Source: Lama guanicoe (Eukaryota). From it: a DNA stretch of 64,000 bases. Location: positions 2,620,283 through 2,684,282 of the forward strand of contig MU053561.1 in the NCBI GenBank assembly GCA_013239625.1, in the 5' to 3' direction. The position numbers were made by a program, and so were the translations under genes. The notes beneath the pieces were generated by a model. The model was not told the origin of the DNA, did not search any database, and saw nothing but the letters and a program-made list of their open reading frames with translations. This document shows positions 24,977 to 39,289 of the stretch, one piece after another. Within the stretch, counting starts at the first letter, position 1, and the number at the start of each line of letters is the position of its first letter.

Positions 24977-25949
24977 CTGCAATGAAGCACCAGAAAGGGG
25001 TGATTTCTAACAGGATTAGCTAAATGGGTACGTATCTGAAAGCACAATGTCAAGGAAACAGGAATTTATTTGCAAACTGCCACACAATAGCATTTCAGAC
25101 AATCTGGAAACCCAGAAAGAAAATCACGTGTACTAGTAAGCAGGCTGAACACCACCACGCGGGAGGAAGAGGAGCAGTCTGAAATGATTTAGTGGGAATG
25201 AGGGAGGAGGGGATCAATGGGTGGGAATTTGGTTTTAAGGATTTTCAAGTCCTTGAGAAGTTTCACCCAGAGTGAGAATTGGGGAAGCTACTGGTGCCCC
25301 CAAGGATGTGAAGGAGAACTCGCTTCTAGCGACCTGGGGGAGATGTGGCTTCAGGAGACGCTGCTTGCCTCTCCCTCCTGAGGCTCCGCCGGGCACAGGG
25401 GAAGCACCATTAGATTAACCAACCGGCTTGAAAGAGCAGAGCAAGGGAGAAATGGGTCCTCTCTCTGCTTAATCCTATGATGGTAATGTTACAGAAGAGA
25501 CGATCATTCCATTGATCGAGGCATCTGCTTGTAGATCTAGTCATTTCCTCAGAGATGCTGTTTGAACGTTTTGAACAAGTGCCCATGTCTGTCCTACCTT
25601 AAGGTTTAAGGGTGTTCCTCCCTGCCTCTCTGTCAAAAAAAATAATCCCTAAGCAAATACACATTAGAATTCATCGATATTATAGTAATTCAATGTCAGG
25701 CACTTAAGAGGTACAGAAATATCTGTTGAATGGATGGGCAAAAAAATTAAGCACATCCTTTTTATCCTTTAATGAGATAATTCTAGAATCCATCCAGTTA
25801 TAAAATAAAATTATGTTGGGTTTTTTGGGGAACAGCTGTTCCACCAAGCCTATCAGGAGCACACGTATGTTAGGGGGTCTCTCCGGAGTCACTGACTCCT
25901 GAGGGTCCACTGAGCCGTTCACATTCTTTCTTGGAATTCAAATTTGTGA

Positions 25950-26500
25950 GATTAGAAGAAATAGCCAAAGGTTAAAGAGATAAAAATAAGTCCAAAAACT
26001 AGGTCTGAAGGCAGTCTAATGTTGGAGGGTCAGGAAAATGAAGAGAAACCAACAAAGGAGGCCAAGAAGAAGAGCTACGAGGCTGGAGAGAAGCCTACAG
26101 AGGGTGGTGTCCCACAAGCCAAGGAAAAACCAAAGTATTTCCAAGAAGAGGAAATGATCACCAGTGTTAAGTCCTGCTAAATCAAGCAAGATGACTAACA
26201 ACTGGGTTTTGTCATATGTCCATCTCTAGTAATTATAACATGAGCAGTGGTGTGGGAAGGGTGGGGAGCCAGGTTAGAGCAGATTAGAGAGAACAGGAGG
26301 AGAAAAACCAGAGACACTGAGTACAGACAAATCAAATCCTTTGGCCGTCAAAGGAGAAAAACAGAAATGGTGGACAAAGAGAGAGGGGACCAGAAAGATG
26401 GAGGGGGAAGTGAGATCAAGATTAGTTCAGCTTTAAAAAAAAAAAACCAACAAAACACAACAAGAGGTCTAACAGCACGTTAATAGGCCAACGGGAAACT
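25950..26500 (-). mobile_element. L2 fragment
   Basis: Purine-rich degenerate L2 antisense pattern (ggtgtcccacaagccaaggaaaa...aagaggaaatgatcaccagtgttaagtcctgct...gtggtgtgggaagggtgggg). Confidence 0.6.
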
Positions 26501-26678
26501 GGGAGTGAGCTAGAAAGATGGGAGTGTGTTCAGAGGACAGGCTGCTTGGAGCTGAGGATGGAGGGCTCTCAGTTATCAGAAGTGAGATGTCTAATGTAGG
26601 GTGTGAGCTTGGGAGAGAATAACCCAAAGTGGACAAAGGTCATGATGACTAGAGAGGAGGGCACGGGTGGAGAATGAT

Positions 26679-26850
26679 TAGGGTTCTCAACCTTGGATGC
26701 ACACGAGAACCATCCTGGGAGCATCTAAAAATTCCAGTGCCCAGACTGCACATAACCTCAGGCCAATTAAGACAGACTCTGGTGGGACTCCAGCATCAGT
26801 ATTTTTTTAAAGCCTCTTGCATGATTCCAATATGCAGCCAATGTGACCCC
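26679..26850. mobile_element. MER5-like hAT-Charlie DNA transposon relic
   Basis: gggttctcaaccttggatgcac...cctgggagc...catcagtattttttt...tgattccaatatgcagcca. Confidence 0.7.
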
Positions 26851-27894
26851 ATGCTGACACAGTGGAGCCAGCAAGAGAGGAGGAGTGCTGGAGAGAGTGG
26901 TTGGGAAGCTAGAGTGAGCATCTTTACACACTCTGAGAGTGAGGAGGACCCAGGAGTCGACAGGTGACAGTAATGGAAGGAGGTGGAAGGATCCGATGAC
27001 AGGAGAAGATGTGTTCAGGAAGGAGGGAAAGGGGTCTGGAGGCCACAGTGGGGGACCAGGCGGGCACCTGCCCCATCCGGGCCCAGTGTGGGAAGAAAAC
27101 ACCACCACCTTGAAAGGCTGCAGGGGCAGTAGTGTCTTTGAGGAGAGCAAGGTTGGCCATGCTCACTGTGAGAAAAAGAAAGGAGCATTCAGAGATGAGG
27201 TCAGGAAATGGGAGATTCTGCTAAATTCTAGAGGGCCCTTTGTGGGGTTTGGGGATATCAGAGGGGGGGCAGTGAGGCACCAGAAATGTGGAGAGGGCCG
27301 TATGGTGCTTCGCCCTGGGGGCACGGAGGAGGACCGAGGGGGCCCAGGCTTCCTGGGCTGATGGATTAGATCAGGGATAAAACACCTGACAAGGCTGACG
27401 TCCCAAGGCAGACAGCGCTCTGAGCGTTCAGATGGAGATGCATCAGAGAAACTGTCTACCTTAAGTTCTTGTCAGCTCTCCCGAGAAACAACCTCTCTGA
27501 ATGGGTGACTGGCCACTCAGAGTAAGATGCCCACTCACTCTGGGGCAACTCTGGTGCCTGGACATACCCCCAAAGGCCTGTGCAAAGTTTGGCCTAAGAT
27601 CACCCAGCTGAGCCACAGTGTCGACAGCTTACCCCAGGCAGGCTGTGCACTCCCACCAGGTGACCTTCTACCATCGGCCAAGCCCCAGCCCTCTCGTTAG
27701 GACTTACCTTCTCAGCGTCATCATTGCTAAGGGGCTGGTTCATGCTGTGGATGAGAAACAGTCACTCGAGCGTGTATTCCTTGGACTCTGAGCATAAAGG
27801 GAAACCCGCAGGGTGACCGTGCATCTGAAAGTGTACCGTGGGATGACTTAAGTCAAAGCCAAACAACGTTTATAAACAAGAATAAAGCGTCTAC

Positions 27895-28320
27895 CTTCTG
27901 ATGCCCAAAATATGTTGACCGGTTTGGAGAAGACATCCTTGCTCTTCACCCAGCTGTCGTTACGCTGTTTGGTCCAGGCAGACACAACACAGTAATAACT
28001 GCCCCTGTCTTCCTCTGTAGTCCTTTGGATTCGGAAATTGAACGTGTCTGTACGTTCCTTAGAAAAAATGAAGTCTCCGTCCTGGGCCCGTTGCTTGCTC
28101 CTCTCTCCGTACTTCAGCGTCCAGTCCCCGTTCATGACTGCCAGGAGCTCGCTGGCCACCACCTCATCACTGCGCCGGTTCATCCGGTAATACCAGGACA
28201 CCGTGAAACGGACGCTCGCCTCCACGTTCTTCATGTCCACTATCCAGCATTCCAGCGCTGTGAGATCGTCTGAAAACTCAGCGACCTTAGAAGCATTCAG
28301 GTGCACCTGATACTCTGGTT
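27895..28320 (-). CDS. PTGFRN: PTGFRN exon 5 (426 nt): Ig domain 4
   Basis: Acceptor tcttgttcag|AA, donor AAG|gtag. Translates (E)PEYQVHLNASKV...LEC...DRGSYYCVVSAW...PVNIFWASE. Confidence 0.97.
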
Positions 28321-30404
28321 CTGAACAAGAGAGAGGGGCCAGGATTTAAAGAAAAAGAAAAGAATTAGAGCCACATACCAGGAATTAGCAGGAGGGATGA
28401 GACAAACACCACTCCTGTCCTGACAAGTGAACGCCCGCCTGCTGACTGCAGCGGCAGGGAAAGGTCTTTGCGTGGCCCGGGGAGGGTCCTGTAAGAGCGC
28501 GTTATTGCAGAACTTGTGAACGCTGCCCCCACCATGCCCCTCAAGATCACCCTGCCAGGCCAGAAGCCAAATGTTCCCAATGAGAGTCTTGATCTGTCAG
28601 GTTGGGGTCAGCTGTCAGTTTCCCCAGGAGGTTGGAAGCTTCTAAGAAGAATCTCTTAAGAAGCTTGGTGTCCATGCGCTACTAAGATTTTCTCTGGCCT
28701 GCCAGGCAGTGCCCAGAGACTCCAAAGCACCAGTGGGGCAGCACTGGAAAACCCCACCCTGGAGCACACGCTAGCACTGGCCAGTCAGCCAGCCGTGGCT
28801 CGGGTTTCCGCCATCTGGGGGCGGGGGCCCCAAACGCAAGGCCCCCGGGTCACCATCTCCCCCATGTATTCTCACCCTCAAACTCCCCAAATGATGCTCT
28901 TTTGGCTAACACATGGAACTCTCATTCAGTTCCACTGGCCTTGAAGACCGCTCACCGTGGTCCTGGCTGGAGTAAAGCCCGCTCACTATGACCACCCTGC
29001 TTCCCGCCAGGCACAAACTCTGATGGGGCGGGAGGTGGGTGAGGAGTCCATGCTCTCCCAGAATCCTCACTGCCACCGTCACAGTCCTGTTATTTTTCAC
29101 TTGTATAAAAAAGCCCTGTATCGATTCAATCCATTCCTGCAACTCCACATTTCAAGGCCTCCCTCCACCCTTGCCCAGGAACTGGCATGGGGACACCTTC
29201 GCGGCTTCCTTCCTCCCATCGCCACCCCTTCCACATGCCACACCTCATGATTGGAAGTTCTCTGGTCACCAGTCTGGCATCACCGTGGTGACTGGTTTGC
29301 AGTGGCCTCTCCTCTTAACAGCCCTGCAAACTCGCATTCATTCTTCACTGTCACCTCCTCGGTGCCCCCTTCCTGGGCACCCAGAGTGTGACACCCTTCC
29401 TCTCTTTCCCAGAAACCGTGTAGGTGCTTTTGCGTTGCAGTCATGCCACTCTGTTATTACTCCTTGCTTAAAGGTCTTGTCCCCAAGCTTCAAATATGCA
29501 GCCTTGCATGCAGTAGTCACTCAATAAACGTCTGCTGCCTTGGTGCTAACAATGTTTAGAAAAGGTTACATTTTTCCCTGGTAGCATTTTGCCTGCTAGG
29601 GGACAAATAATTCTACCTGACCACAGAACTCCCCATTTGCCAACACTACATTCACATCACCTGCATCAAACAGTTCAGTTTTACTTAATGTTGCTTTTAT
29701 TCATGACTCACACAAACTATAAACTGCTGAGGTCAAGCAACTGTACTTTCGTGATTTACACTTCTGATGAAACGTGTAACATCATGACTTCCCCAAGAAT
29801 GATTCAGTGGCCAGGAAACGGAAAGAACTCAAAATCCTAACTCCCTCAAATGTCATCTTCACAAGGATTTAACTGCACACGAGGCTGGACCCTGTGCTGT
29901 ACAAAGTTACACCTGCCCAGCTCTGCCTGCCCAGGGGAGCGTGCCCTCAGTGACGTGGGCGCTGTAGAGAAAGACGCTAGAGCGTTGTCAGCCACCTCGT
30001 TTCACAGGGGAAGCTGCACAGCTGGGGAGTCTCCTGCCTCTGGGCCGAGTGTGAACACACACACCGCCTCTCCAGCAACTGCAGTGGAACAAACACTGAA
30101 ACGTATTTATATCCTCATGTGTAGAAGCCAAGTTACCCCCCCATCCAGGGTCTCAGCCCCTTCCCTCATGTCAGATTTTGGCATAGCAAGAGGGGTACAG
30201 ACAAGGACAAGCACGTCTATTTCACGTGGAAAGGACAGACTTGAACCGCTGTGTGTACACAAAATCACCCCCGCTCTGTCCAGTCAGGACCAGCCGGGGT
30301 CACGACAACATCGAGTCCTCACGAAGCAGCAGCAGCCGGCTCCACTCCGAGTACAACTCGAACACCCTCCACATGTGTCACCACGATAACCTGACCAATA
30401 GACT

Positions 30405-30635
30405 GTGAGGCAGCAAAGAGCAGTGGTGAGGAGCCAGGGGTGTGTCTGAAAGCCAGACTGTGTCTGAATCCTGGCTCTGCCATTACCTGCTGTGTGATCC
30501 TGGGCCAATTACTTAACCTCTCTGGTGTCTCATCTGTAAAAATGGGGAGAACAACAGCAACTACCTCCCTCATAATATTATTGTGAGGATTAACAGTTAA
30601 AATATGTGCGGAAGCGCTTAGACTGGGGCCTGGTA
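30405..30635 (+). mobile_element. MIR SINE, near full length
   Basis: gccagactgtgtctgaatcctggctctgccattacctgctgtgtgatcctgggccaattacttaacctctctg...ctcatctgtaaaaatgggga. Confidence 0.9.
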
Positions 30636-32458
30636 CGTGTGCATGTATGAATGAATGTATGCACGGGTGTGTGTACGCATGTGCATGTATGTGTGTGTGT
30701 GTTGGCAGACGTGGGTGGGAGTGAGATGAATAGGGTTGCGAACGTGCTTATCTTGAGATGCCATGAGAGACCAAGTCAAGAAGCCTAGAACACAGCCCGG
30801 TGCCAGTGTTTGAGCCTGAGTCTAAGGACAGGTTGGGGCCAAAGAAGGGAGTGGACACCCCCCCCACATACCCACACACCCCCCGCCCAACACACACAGC
30901 TAAAACCTCACTCCAAATGAGCCAAATCAGCTCCTCCTTCTCTAACTTTCCAACCAGGGCTCCTGTCACCACACTCCCATCACTCATTCCCCCAGGCTCC
31001 GCTCATGAAAGCCACCCCATCTCCGACTCTCCACTCAGATGGTTCCTGAGGCCCCAACTCTACCTCCTCAGGGTCTCTTCCCATTCTGCGACCCCAGGCC
31101 TCACACACAGCAGGTGCGTGAAAACCTCACAACCACCCTCCTCATCCTGGCCCTCTGCCTCCAGCCAGGACTATTATAACGACCTTCCAACCCGCCTCCG
31201 GGCTCACACCACCACAAAGTCATCTGCTCAAGAAGACTCCCATAGCTTTTCCTCTTGCCTACCGAGCTAAGAACACACTCCCCAGCCTGGCATTCAAGGG
31301 TCTGCATCGTGTGAGTCTAACCCCTTTGTCCAGCCCCACTGCCTGCTGCCTTCTTGTGTACAATCTAGACTCCATTCTGATAGCACCTGTCACCATCCCC
31401 TTGTCACTTCCTCTGCCTTCTTCCCAATGTTGTCTGTGCCTCAGCTCCTGGGACACCTGCTCAATAGGGTGCTGAGTAAATGACTGAATAGATTCTCCAG
31501 TTCTACCCCCTCCTCTACCCCCGGATGGATCTGTTTAAATTTATGTATCCAAATTTAGAAAAGGGAGAGAGGGGGAGGTTACAGCATGTGTGCATCTAGT
31601 TATAGGAATTCCAGCTTGACACAGGAGGAAAATGTCTTCATTGCCTGGTCGGTCTTCTCGTTCTCTGTTAAAACTAAATGTTAGGCCCCTCAAAGGAGGA
31701 TCTTAAAATAAAGACAAACAAGTGGATTCTCAGTGATCTAAAGGATCCACCAGCCTTGGAGGTCGAATGGGACTTAACACTCCTAGAAAAGATATGATTC
31801 CAATACGCCAGAATGGTAGACGTGTGCGTGCTTCTTATTTCTTTTTTGTTTTGATGCATGTGTGGAAATCTTCCTTTATTGCTGTTTCACGATTTAAAAA
31901 ATTGTTGGCAGCGACTGGGCCTGTTCCTCAAGGTCCATTGTGCACAGACGTCTCCCAGGTCGCCTTTCCTTAACAGAGGAGGCCTCCTTTGAACTCAGCA
32001 GCCTGTCCCACCTCTGCTTCTCATTCAGCAAACGTTCACAGAGACCCGACCGCCCGCCAGGCTCCCTGCTCTCAAAGGATTTTACTTGAACACTGCCTTG
32101 AACTTTAGTTACAGATCTGTCTGTCTTATGGACCTTGTACAGGGCTCTTTGCAGGGACAGGGACAGCCTGCTTTCTTCATCTGCATGTGCTGTGCGTGCA
32201 GTGCCTTGTACATGAAAGACATTAACACACTTGCTGAATTGGACTAAATTTAATATTTTGCATTAAAAAATGCTCATTTTCGGTACTAGCATTCCACTAC
32301 TGATTACTGCTATATTCTGCTTGATCTCATCAAGAAATCAGCTAAGAACGCAATGGTGGTTATGTTTAAAAAATGCTTATCAGTTAAAGATGCATACTAA
32401 AGTATTTAATGGCAAAATTACATGATGTCTGGGATATGTTTTAAATTCTTCCAGAAGT

Positions 32459-32597
32459 GGGGAAGGGTATACAGCTCAGTGGTAGAGCGCATGCTTAGCA
32501 CACATGAGGTCCTGGGTTCAATCCTCAGTACCTCTGTTAAAAAAAAAAGGAAAGAAAGAAAAGAAAGAAAGAAACCTAATTACCTCCTCTCCCCTCC
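32459..32597 (+). mobile_element. tRNA-derived SINE (camelid vic-1-like)
   Basis: GGGTATACAGCTCAGTGGTAGAGCGCATGCTTAGCACACATGAGGTCCTGGGTTCAATCC, A-rich middle, ACCTAATTACCTCC tail; 13-bp TSD aaattcttccaga (32443-32455, 32598-32610). Confidence 0.9.
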
Positions 32598-35500
32598 AAA
32601 TTCTTCCAGAGGGAAAAGGGTGGAGGGAAAAGTGGGAAAAAAAGAGAGAGGGACACTGGTGTGCGTGTGCCTGTGCGTGTGTGTGTCTACCTAGGCAAGG
32701 GAAGAGAGATGAAATATGATCAGCAAAATATTGACAACTGAAGCTGGTGGGTTTTCCTACAAAAACAAACAACCCACCCACGCTGTAAGCCCTTTCACAG
32801 AACACTGAGGTTGGGCTAAGGCACCACATCCCTAACATTCCGAGAAACAAGGATCTGCTCCCCAGTCTGGCTCCCAGGGCGCCCTGCTCACACACCTGCC
32901 ACCTCCTGGAGCTGCGGCCTCCCCCAACGCGAGCCTCACCCCCACCCTCACTCCCACCGAGAAAAGACGTTTATTTTCGGGTACGGGTCATTAAACTCCT
33001 TTGTTATAACTTTCAAGACAATGAAAGTGCTCAGGATCGTTGGCTAATTTGTGAAAGCGGGTATTTTGTGCCTACCGTGTGCAGGGATATGAACTGGGGG
33101 TTTCAGGTTACTTCCTTCTTTCAGTCTCACAACCATTCTACAGGGAAGGCGCAATGATACTAATAACTGGCTTTTACAGAGGGCTTCCTGCAGGCCGGGG
33201 ACCATGCTACGCACTTGCCTTGCATTCTCGCTGAATCTTCAGAACAGCCTGATGAGACAGGTACTGTTTTCAGGCACATTTCCTAAACGGGAAAAACAGA
33301 AACAAAACCGAAGCCCAAAGGAGGTAAGTTCAAAGACGGAGCCTTGCACGGTGTGTGGGAGCAGAATTAAAGGAGCGGCCTGGCTCCCACTAGGGCCAAA
33401 CTGCACAACCTCATTACACACCCAGTCCTTAATGCTTTCTCAAAACTGGCTCCATCCCAGAAGACAAGGGCGATGATAACAGCTGAGACACCAGTCCTGA
33501 ACTGTACAGCAGGGCCACGTTCTAACACCCCCTGTGAAGCTTAGTTAACATGGTGGAGCTAATCAGACAGACAGGCTGCAGGCACAAGTGAGGAGAAACG
33601 GGGGGAAGAGCGCCCTTGTTTCTGCTGAGGCCGAGTTTATTCTCTGGAATTGGGCAGGTGCTTTAGAGGCAGCTGAGCAAGTTGACTAACTACCAAAGAG
33701 TTGCCACTATTATCGTTTGTATGTAACAATTAAATATCCTCTAACATTTAAACAGGGAAGGCTGTAGATAAGGAGCTGTTATTTTGGGGGGCACTTTACC
33801 CCACTTAGTAGAGCCATCAATGAGTCTGTATTCAGCATGAGTGATTTCAGAGCAATGAAGACAACATGATTCGAATGGAACACTCATGCCGCACACCTAA
33901 AGTGACATTCATGCCGGTTTTTCTTTATTCACCCTCATTCACTTAGCCTAGGGGAGGAGGAGAACGTTGTCAGAGTTGGGGGCAGAGGCAAGAAACAGGC
34001 TAGGTGTGGTCAGCGCCGCCCCTCCTCCTTGGACACATGCACCCTGGTTCTCCATGTCCGAAGACACCCCTATGCTTATTTGGTTAAGAACTTGGTGGGG
34101 AAGAACATGTTCCATATGGATTCTCCCCTCAAAACACCGATAAATCACCATGGCCACCATGAAAATGCGTAGAGCACTTCAATGCCAGGCACTGCGCTAA
34201 GGACTTTATATGCATTATCCCACCAAGCCAAGAAAACCAAAGCCCAGAAACCTTAAGTGACACACCCAAGATAACATGCTTAGACAGTGGTGGAGCTTCT
34301 GCCTTCAGAGATAACCTGGGACAGACAGTTGCCAGTAAAATTCTGCAGATCTAAATCTCACCTTCTATAGATGGCAAAGAGCTCGGAAGTCTCTACCAAG
34401 CACTTAGCAGATTAACAGCTCCTTTTAAAGAAAAATAATTACCTTCCTCGCTGGCACACTGCTGGAAGTGGGGACGGTCCTCTAGTGGGGAAGAATGCAA
34501 ATCAGGTTCTTAAGCCTGAATAGCAGAATTCAGCTCTGCCTCCTCCTGCCCTTGTATCTGAAGCCCGTAGAACCCTCTCCAATTAACACCAACAGAAGTC
34601 TGGGACTTCGGGCGGAGAGCTCAACCGTGAACCGATTAGTATCCAACTCTTGCCAAGGGCTCATTTAAGACATCTGATAGCAGAGAGAGATGGCTTAATA
34701 TGCAGATTAACCAGCCACTCCTCCAGATTCTCTACAGTTTTAGCCATATACTAAATTTGATCAACACAAAGCAACTTTTGTCCTCCATAGTAACTCAGCT
34801 TCTTACAAAACCTCCTTCACACACTTAAGATTTATGCCCTCAGTTTTTTTAGGAAGTGGATATAAGAAACATCCATTTAAACAATCACTTAGAGCCTTTT
34901 GTAAAAGAACAGTTGAAAGCACTGTCCATTATGTTATCCAGTGCCCCTTAAATAAAAAAGCACACGCTAAATTCAGTGCCAAGAAAAAGTTTGTCTCTCT
35001 TTTGTTTGTTTTCCTTTACCAGAGAAGAACTGTATAATCACATCTCTTTTTGCCTCGACTCTTCAAAACTTCAGAGACAAATTCAGTGCTCAAATGCAGT
35101 AACTAATTCATCCCAACCATCTTGCAATATCTATTCTTTGATTTTTTTCTTTTTACCCCTTTTGATCTTGATTTTATTTTTATGTCTCCTGCTTTAAATT
35201 GGGCTTCATTTTGCAAGCCAACTTAAGTCTTCTTTTTCCCTTCAAAAGTAGGACATACATCCTAAGTAAACGAGGCTTTTTCTTACCCTCTGAAAAAATC
35301 ATAGTCCTCCCGGCTACTTACTACAAGTCCTCTTGGACCTGACAGACCCATTCACATCACTGCCCAGTCTGTCTGGTTTACACGATGGAACATGAGAAGA
35401 CTCCAGTCAGTTTTAACCCCTCATCTACTCAGTGCACCAACCCCAAGCAAACAAGGACAAGAACAACTTAGCTTTTAGTTTCAGGAGTGCAGCTGATTCC

Positions 35501-35654
35501 CAAAGCCGAAACTGTCTTCCACAGAAGATGACAATACTTAGGAAAGACTCCACTTAAGATGAAAATACTTGGGACAGACTTGACCCAGGGCCATAACACT
35601 CCCTAAGCCAAGCTAAACATTTCTTTTGAAATAAAAGAAACAAGCACTAACCAC

Positions 35655-36160
35655 TGCGTAGATTCTATCTTCCAAAGATGACTGCAGTAAGGTTTCCCAT
35701 CCCACATGCCCTTATGCAATGTGACCTTGCGACTCTCCCACTAAGAGATGGGGTCTCTATCCCTACCCCCTTGAACTTGGACAGACTCTGTGACGGCTCT
35801 GACCAATGGAAAACAGCAGACGTGCACTGTGCCAGTCCTAAGGATAGCTTTAACTGGCAGGGTGCTTCCACATCCTGTATCTTGGCAGTCAGCCACCAGG
35901 TAAGAAGCATGACTGTTCTGAGAAGATAGCGTTGTGAGAAGCCCAAGCCACGTGGTGAGGGCCTGGATGAGATGCCATGTGGGGACAGGAAGAGATGCTC
36001 TGGAACATGGTGGCACGTGCATGAGAAAGCCATCTGGAAGGGGATCCCCAGCCCTAGCTGTCCCAGCTGTCACCATGTGCAATGGAGATGAACTCCGCTG
36101 AGTCCCTCCCTAATTCCTGACCCTCAGAATTGTAAGCAAAATGAAGATCAGCAGTTTTCA
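35655..36160 (+). mobile_element. MaLR LTR (MLT1-like)
   Basis: ccaaagatgactgca...cccatcccacatgcccttatgcaatgtgaccttg...ccccttgaacttgg...taattcctgaccctcagaattgtaagc. Confidence 0.75.
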
Positions 36161-37108
36161 GATGGGGATTGGGACAGTATCTCATTCACAATGTTGTTGT
36201 GGGGATCAAGTATTTAATGCATTAAAGCCCTTGGCCCAGTCCCAGGCACTCAGTAAGTGTTCAATAAACGACAGTTACTATTTCTAATCTGTCAAGTAGC
36301 AAAACTGAGCGTTTTGTGTAATACCTGCATAGAGAACCAGCTTTCTCAAGAGCTCTTTTGTGACAACATCCCACAGTCACACAACATAAGAGGACCTATA
36401 TAAATAGAGTACTTGGCAGGTCACCTGTCCTCCTGTCACATCTCAGTTACCTCCAGGAAGATCCTGGAGAAAGGTCCACTGCTGTACTTGTGCCCGACTT
36501 GCCACCTGACAAGTGTCCAAGGAGCTATAATGCTGTGAGTCATAGAGACAGGGATGGAGGAGTGATTTAAGAGGAAGAAAGCAGCAAAAAAAAAAAAAAA
36601 AACACCAAAAAACCCAAAAAACAAAAAACCACTTACACTCCTGGTAGGTTTCCATGTGCAAATATCTCTGAATATTCTGAGTTGAGCATTATTGCTTTCT
36701 TTGCAATTCTTCTTTTCCTATGTACATATTTTAACACTAGCCATGTGTTGGTGCTGGCTTATCTACCCATCCAGTCAATGTTTAGTGAGTGCCCATTCCA
36801 TGCAAAGAACTGGGAGAGATGCGGGATCTGGGGACTTAGATCAGCCAGGGGAAAGCACACTGATGGCTTTCATGACAACAGTGCTGGATTCTGAGGATAA
36901 TAACTGAGCCTTTTCCCTCAATTTAGTCTCTTGATTTCTTTCCACTCTCCGGAGAACAGCCACCAACAAATCCCTTCCAGCTAAAAGAGCCCACTCCCTC
37001 CCAGAGCTCCCCTTCTGTTTCCTGACAGTCCCTGCATCTCCCCCGGGGTACGCTGGGATCAATGCATGAGTACTTCAAAGAGGCCCTCAAATTGGAGTGC
37101 AGGCAGCA

Positions 37109-37139
<31 letters not shown>

Positions 37140-38687
37140 CCTCTTGAGCTGTGATTCTAAGTTGGCGGGGGAGGGGTGCCGAGAGTCAGGGCTGGGATCT
37201 GACAGCCCCGCACAATGCACAGAGGATCAGGGCTATGAGACACATTCAGCTCCAGAGATGAAAACTCTTCTTTTGGTGCTGACAACATCTGTTTTATTTT
37301 GAAGGTTGCTAAGGAGAGTTCTAGCTGGGCTAACATTGTTCCAGTTCAGTGCTTCACAGTGAGTCTCTCACACGGGGTTCAGAGGACCGGAATAAAAGCT
37401 CGCCAGGTAAACCCTGCTCCTTTCACTCTGCAGATATCAAAGAATCACTTTGCTACCAGGGATGACTAACACCCTGCCTAGTCTCGCTCTGAATTGGACG
37501 TACTCTCGGCTTATTCTCTTATTACTCTTCTCCTCCCTGCCCCCTCTGTCCCCACTTGCCAACTCCCCATCTTGGCCAAATAAAGGCTTATTAGGGAGAA
37601 ACAGACAGTGAATGTGCCGCTAACCCGCGAGATTTCAATGCAGAGACAAGAGCTGAGCGTGAGCTGGGGCTCACGGCGGGAGGACGTTCAGCATCACACG
37701 AAGGAGGAAATGATTTCCTAACCTTTAAAGATCTGTTTTACTCCTAACAGAGCAATGCCAAATGCCAAATGCCTTCATGTGGGCTCAGAACACTCAGCAG
37801 ACAGTAGAAATGAAGCTGAAAACAAGGAAGAGGTTGACCAGCAATCCCGTCTCCATCTTTGCCATAACAGACGTGGGAAGCCAAGTTCTCTCCACTCCAC
37901 TGGGCCCCATCCTGTCTAAGTTTACTTGCGATTAATTACAAGATGGTAACAAAATTAAGAAAACTCAGCCCAGGAAGGCAAGCATTCAAGAAAATAAGAG
38001 ATAGGGAAGATGGGAATGTAAAAAAAAAAATACAATGACCTTCACATATATGACAAGTTGCTATAACACGGGTGGCAATGTAGTCAACAGTTGAGGGCCA
38101 CTTTGCTCTGCCCCTGGGAATCATATACGGGGAGAGAGCCCACCAGAAGAGCGAGGGAAGCAGGAAGGCCCCTACGTTTAATGGATATCTGTAAAAAAAA
38201 AATTAAAAAAAAATCATTTTGGGACTCCAGGACATTGAGTGAAGAAACAAGTTTCATGAACTGGAGGGGTTCTTTTTCTTCACTGGGCTTTAGGAAAGCA
38301 CCAGCTCCTGCCAGACAGTCCCCAGGAGTCTAGGAAAAGGAAAGGAAGAATGGCAGTGTTCTCCCTCCAACAAAGATCCTTCAAACAGCCATTCAGCAGG
38401 GCCCCTGACCCTGCAAATCTCGACAACAAAAGGAAACTATATCCTCTCAAATGAGGGTATTGAGACAACTGAGGCCACATTATCTAAATGTTTCCCTTGC
38501 CTGCCAGATTCTATTTCAGCCAGTTTTGTTTCACCTCCTCAGCTTGGGATCTATCCAGGTGACAATATGCTTCTCCTGATATCAAGAACCCCAAATACTG
38601 CAAAACACACAGCACCCTGACTCCTCTCCATATCCCAGAGGAGGGATTAAGCTGGAGAGATTAAGAGCCATCCTCCAAACCACTCAC

Positions 38688-39068
38688 CTAGCCAGGTCAC
38701 GGCCACACCAGCTGGGGCCGACATGGCTTCTGCCACCTTGTGCCAGCTCCTGTTGTGCCCAGGTGTCCAGAGTGCCACGTGGCAGAAATAGTAGCCAGCA
38801 TTTTCTTTGCTAACATCTCGAACCAGTAAATGGAAGGAGCGTGCGTCCCCGTGACTCAAGGCAACGTGAGGAGAGCTGTGCACCAGGGAATCACGGTCCA
38901 GCCGAGCCAACACGCGGGGGCCGGGCAAGGTGCTGTCCGGGGTCCTGCTGAAGTACCATGCCACCTCGGGGCGAACGTCATCCACTCGGTCTGTTGTGAT
39001 GTTGCAGGCCAGGTCCAGCTCCTTTCCTTCAGCCACAGATACATTCCTGGCCACAGCGGCTCGGAGAA
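38688..39068 (-). CDS. PTGFRN: PTGFRN exon 4 (381 nt): Ig domain 3
   Basis: Acceptor gttccag|TT, donor TAG|gtgagt. Translates (V)LRAAVARNVSVAEGKELDLACNIT...NAGYYFCHVALW...AGVAVTWL. Confidence 0.97.
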
Positions 39069-39289
39069 CTGGAACGTTAAAAACACAGACACGGAGATAA
39101 TCTGGATTACGTTTGCCCCTTCCACTCCATCCCCTTAGATCATCTCCTTCTGCCTTCTTATTTATGACATTCAAGTTAGAAGGCTTTGTACAGTTTTAAG
39201 TGCTTGAGATATTCACTGAATGAATTAGTGAAACATACCATATTTCTTTTTACGTCATAAAAATAATAATTGCAGCAAACATATATATA

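Noticed and set aside
32459..32535. tRNA gene calls for the tRNA-like sequences (also at 2130, 55360, 56815)
   Set aside because: They have TSDs, A-rich tails, a shared non-tRNA 3' segment and indels in the stems, so they are SINEs rather than tRNA genes.
37113..37139. A27 run as the tail of a retroposed element
   Set aside because: No recognisable SINE/LINE body, poly(A) signal or TSD next to it; more likely a slippage-expanded homopolymer.
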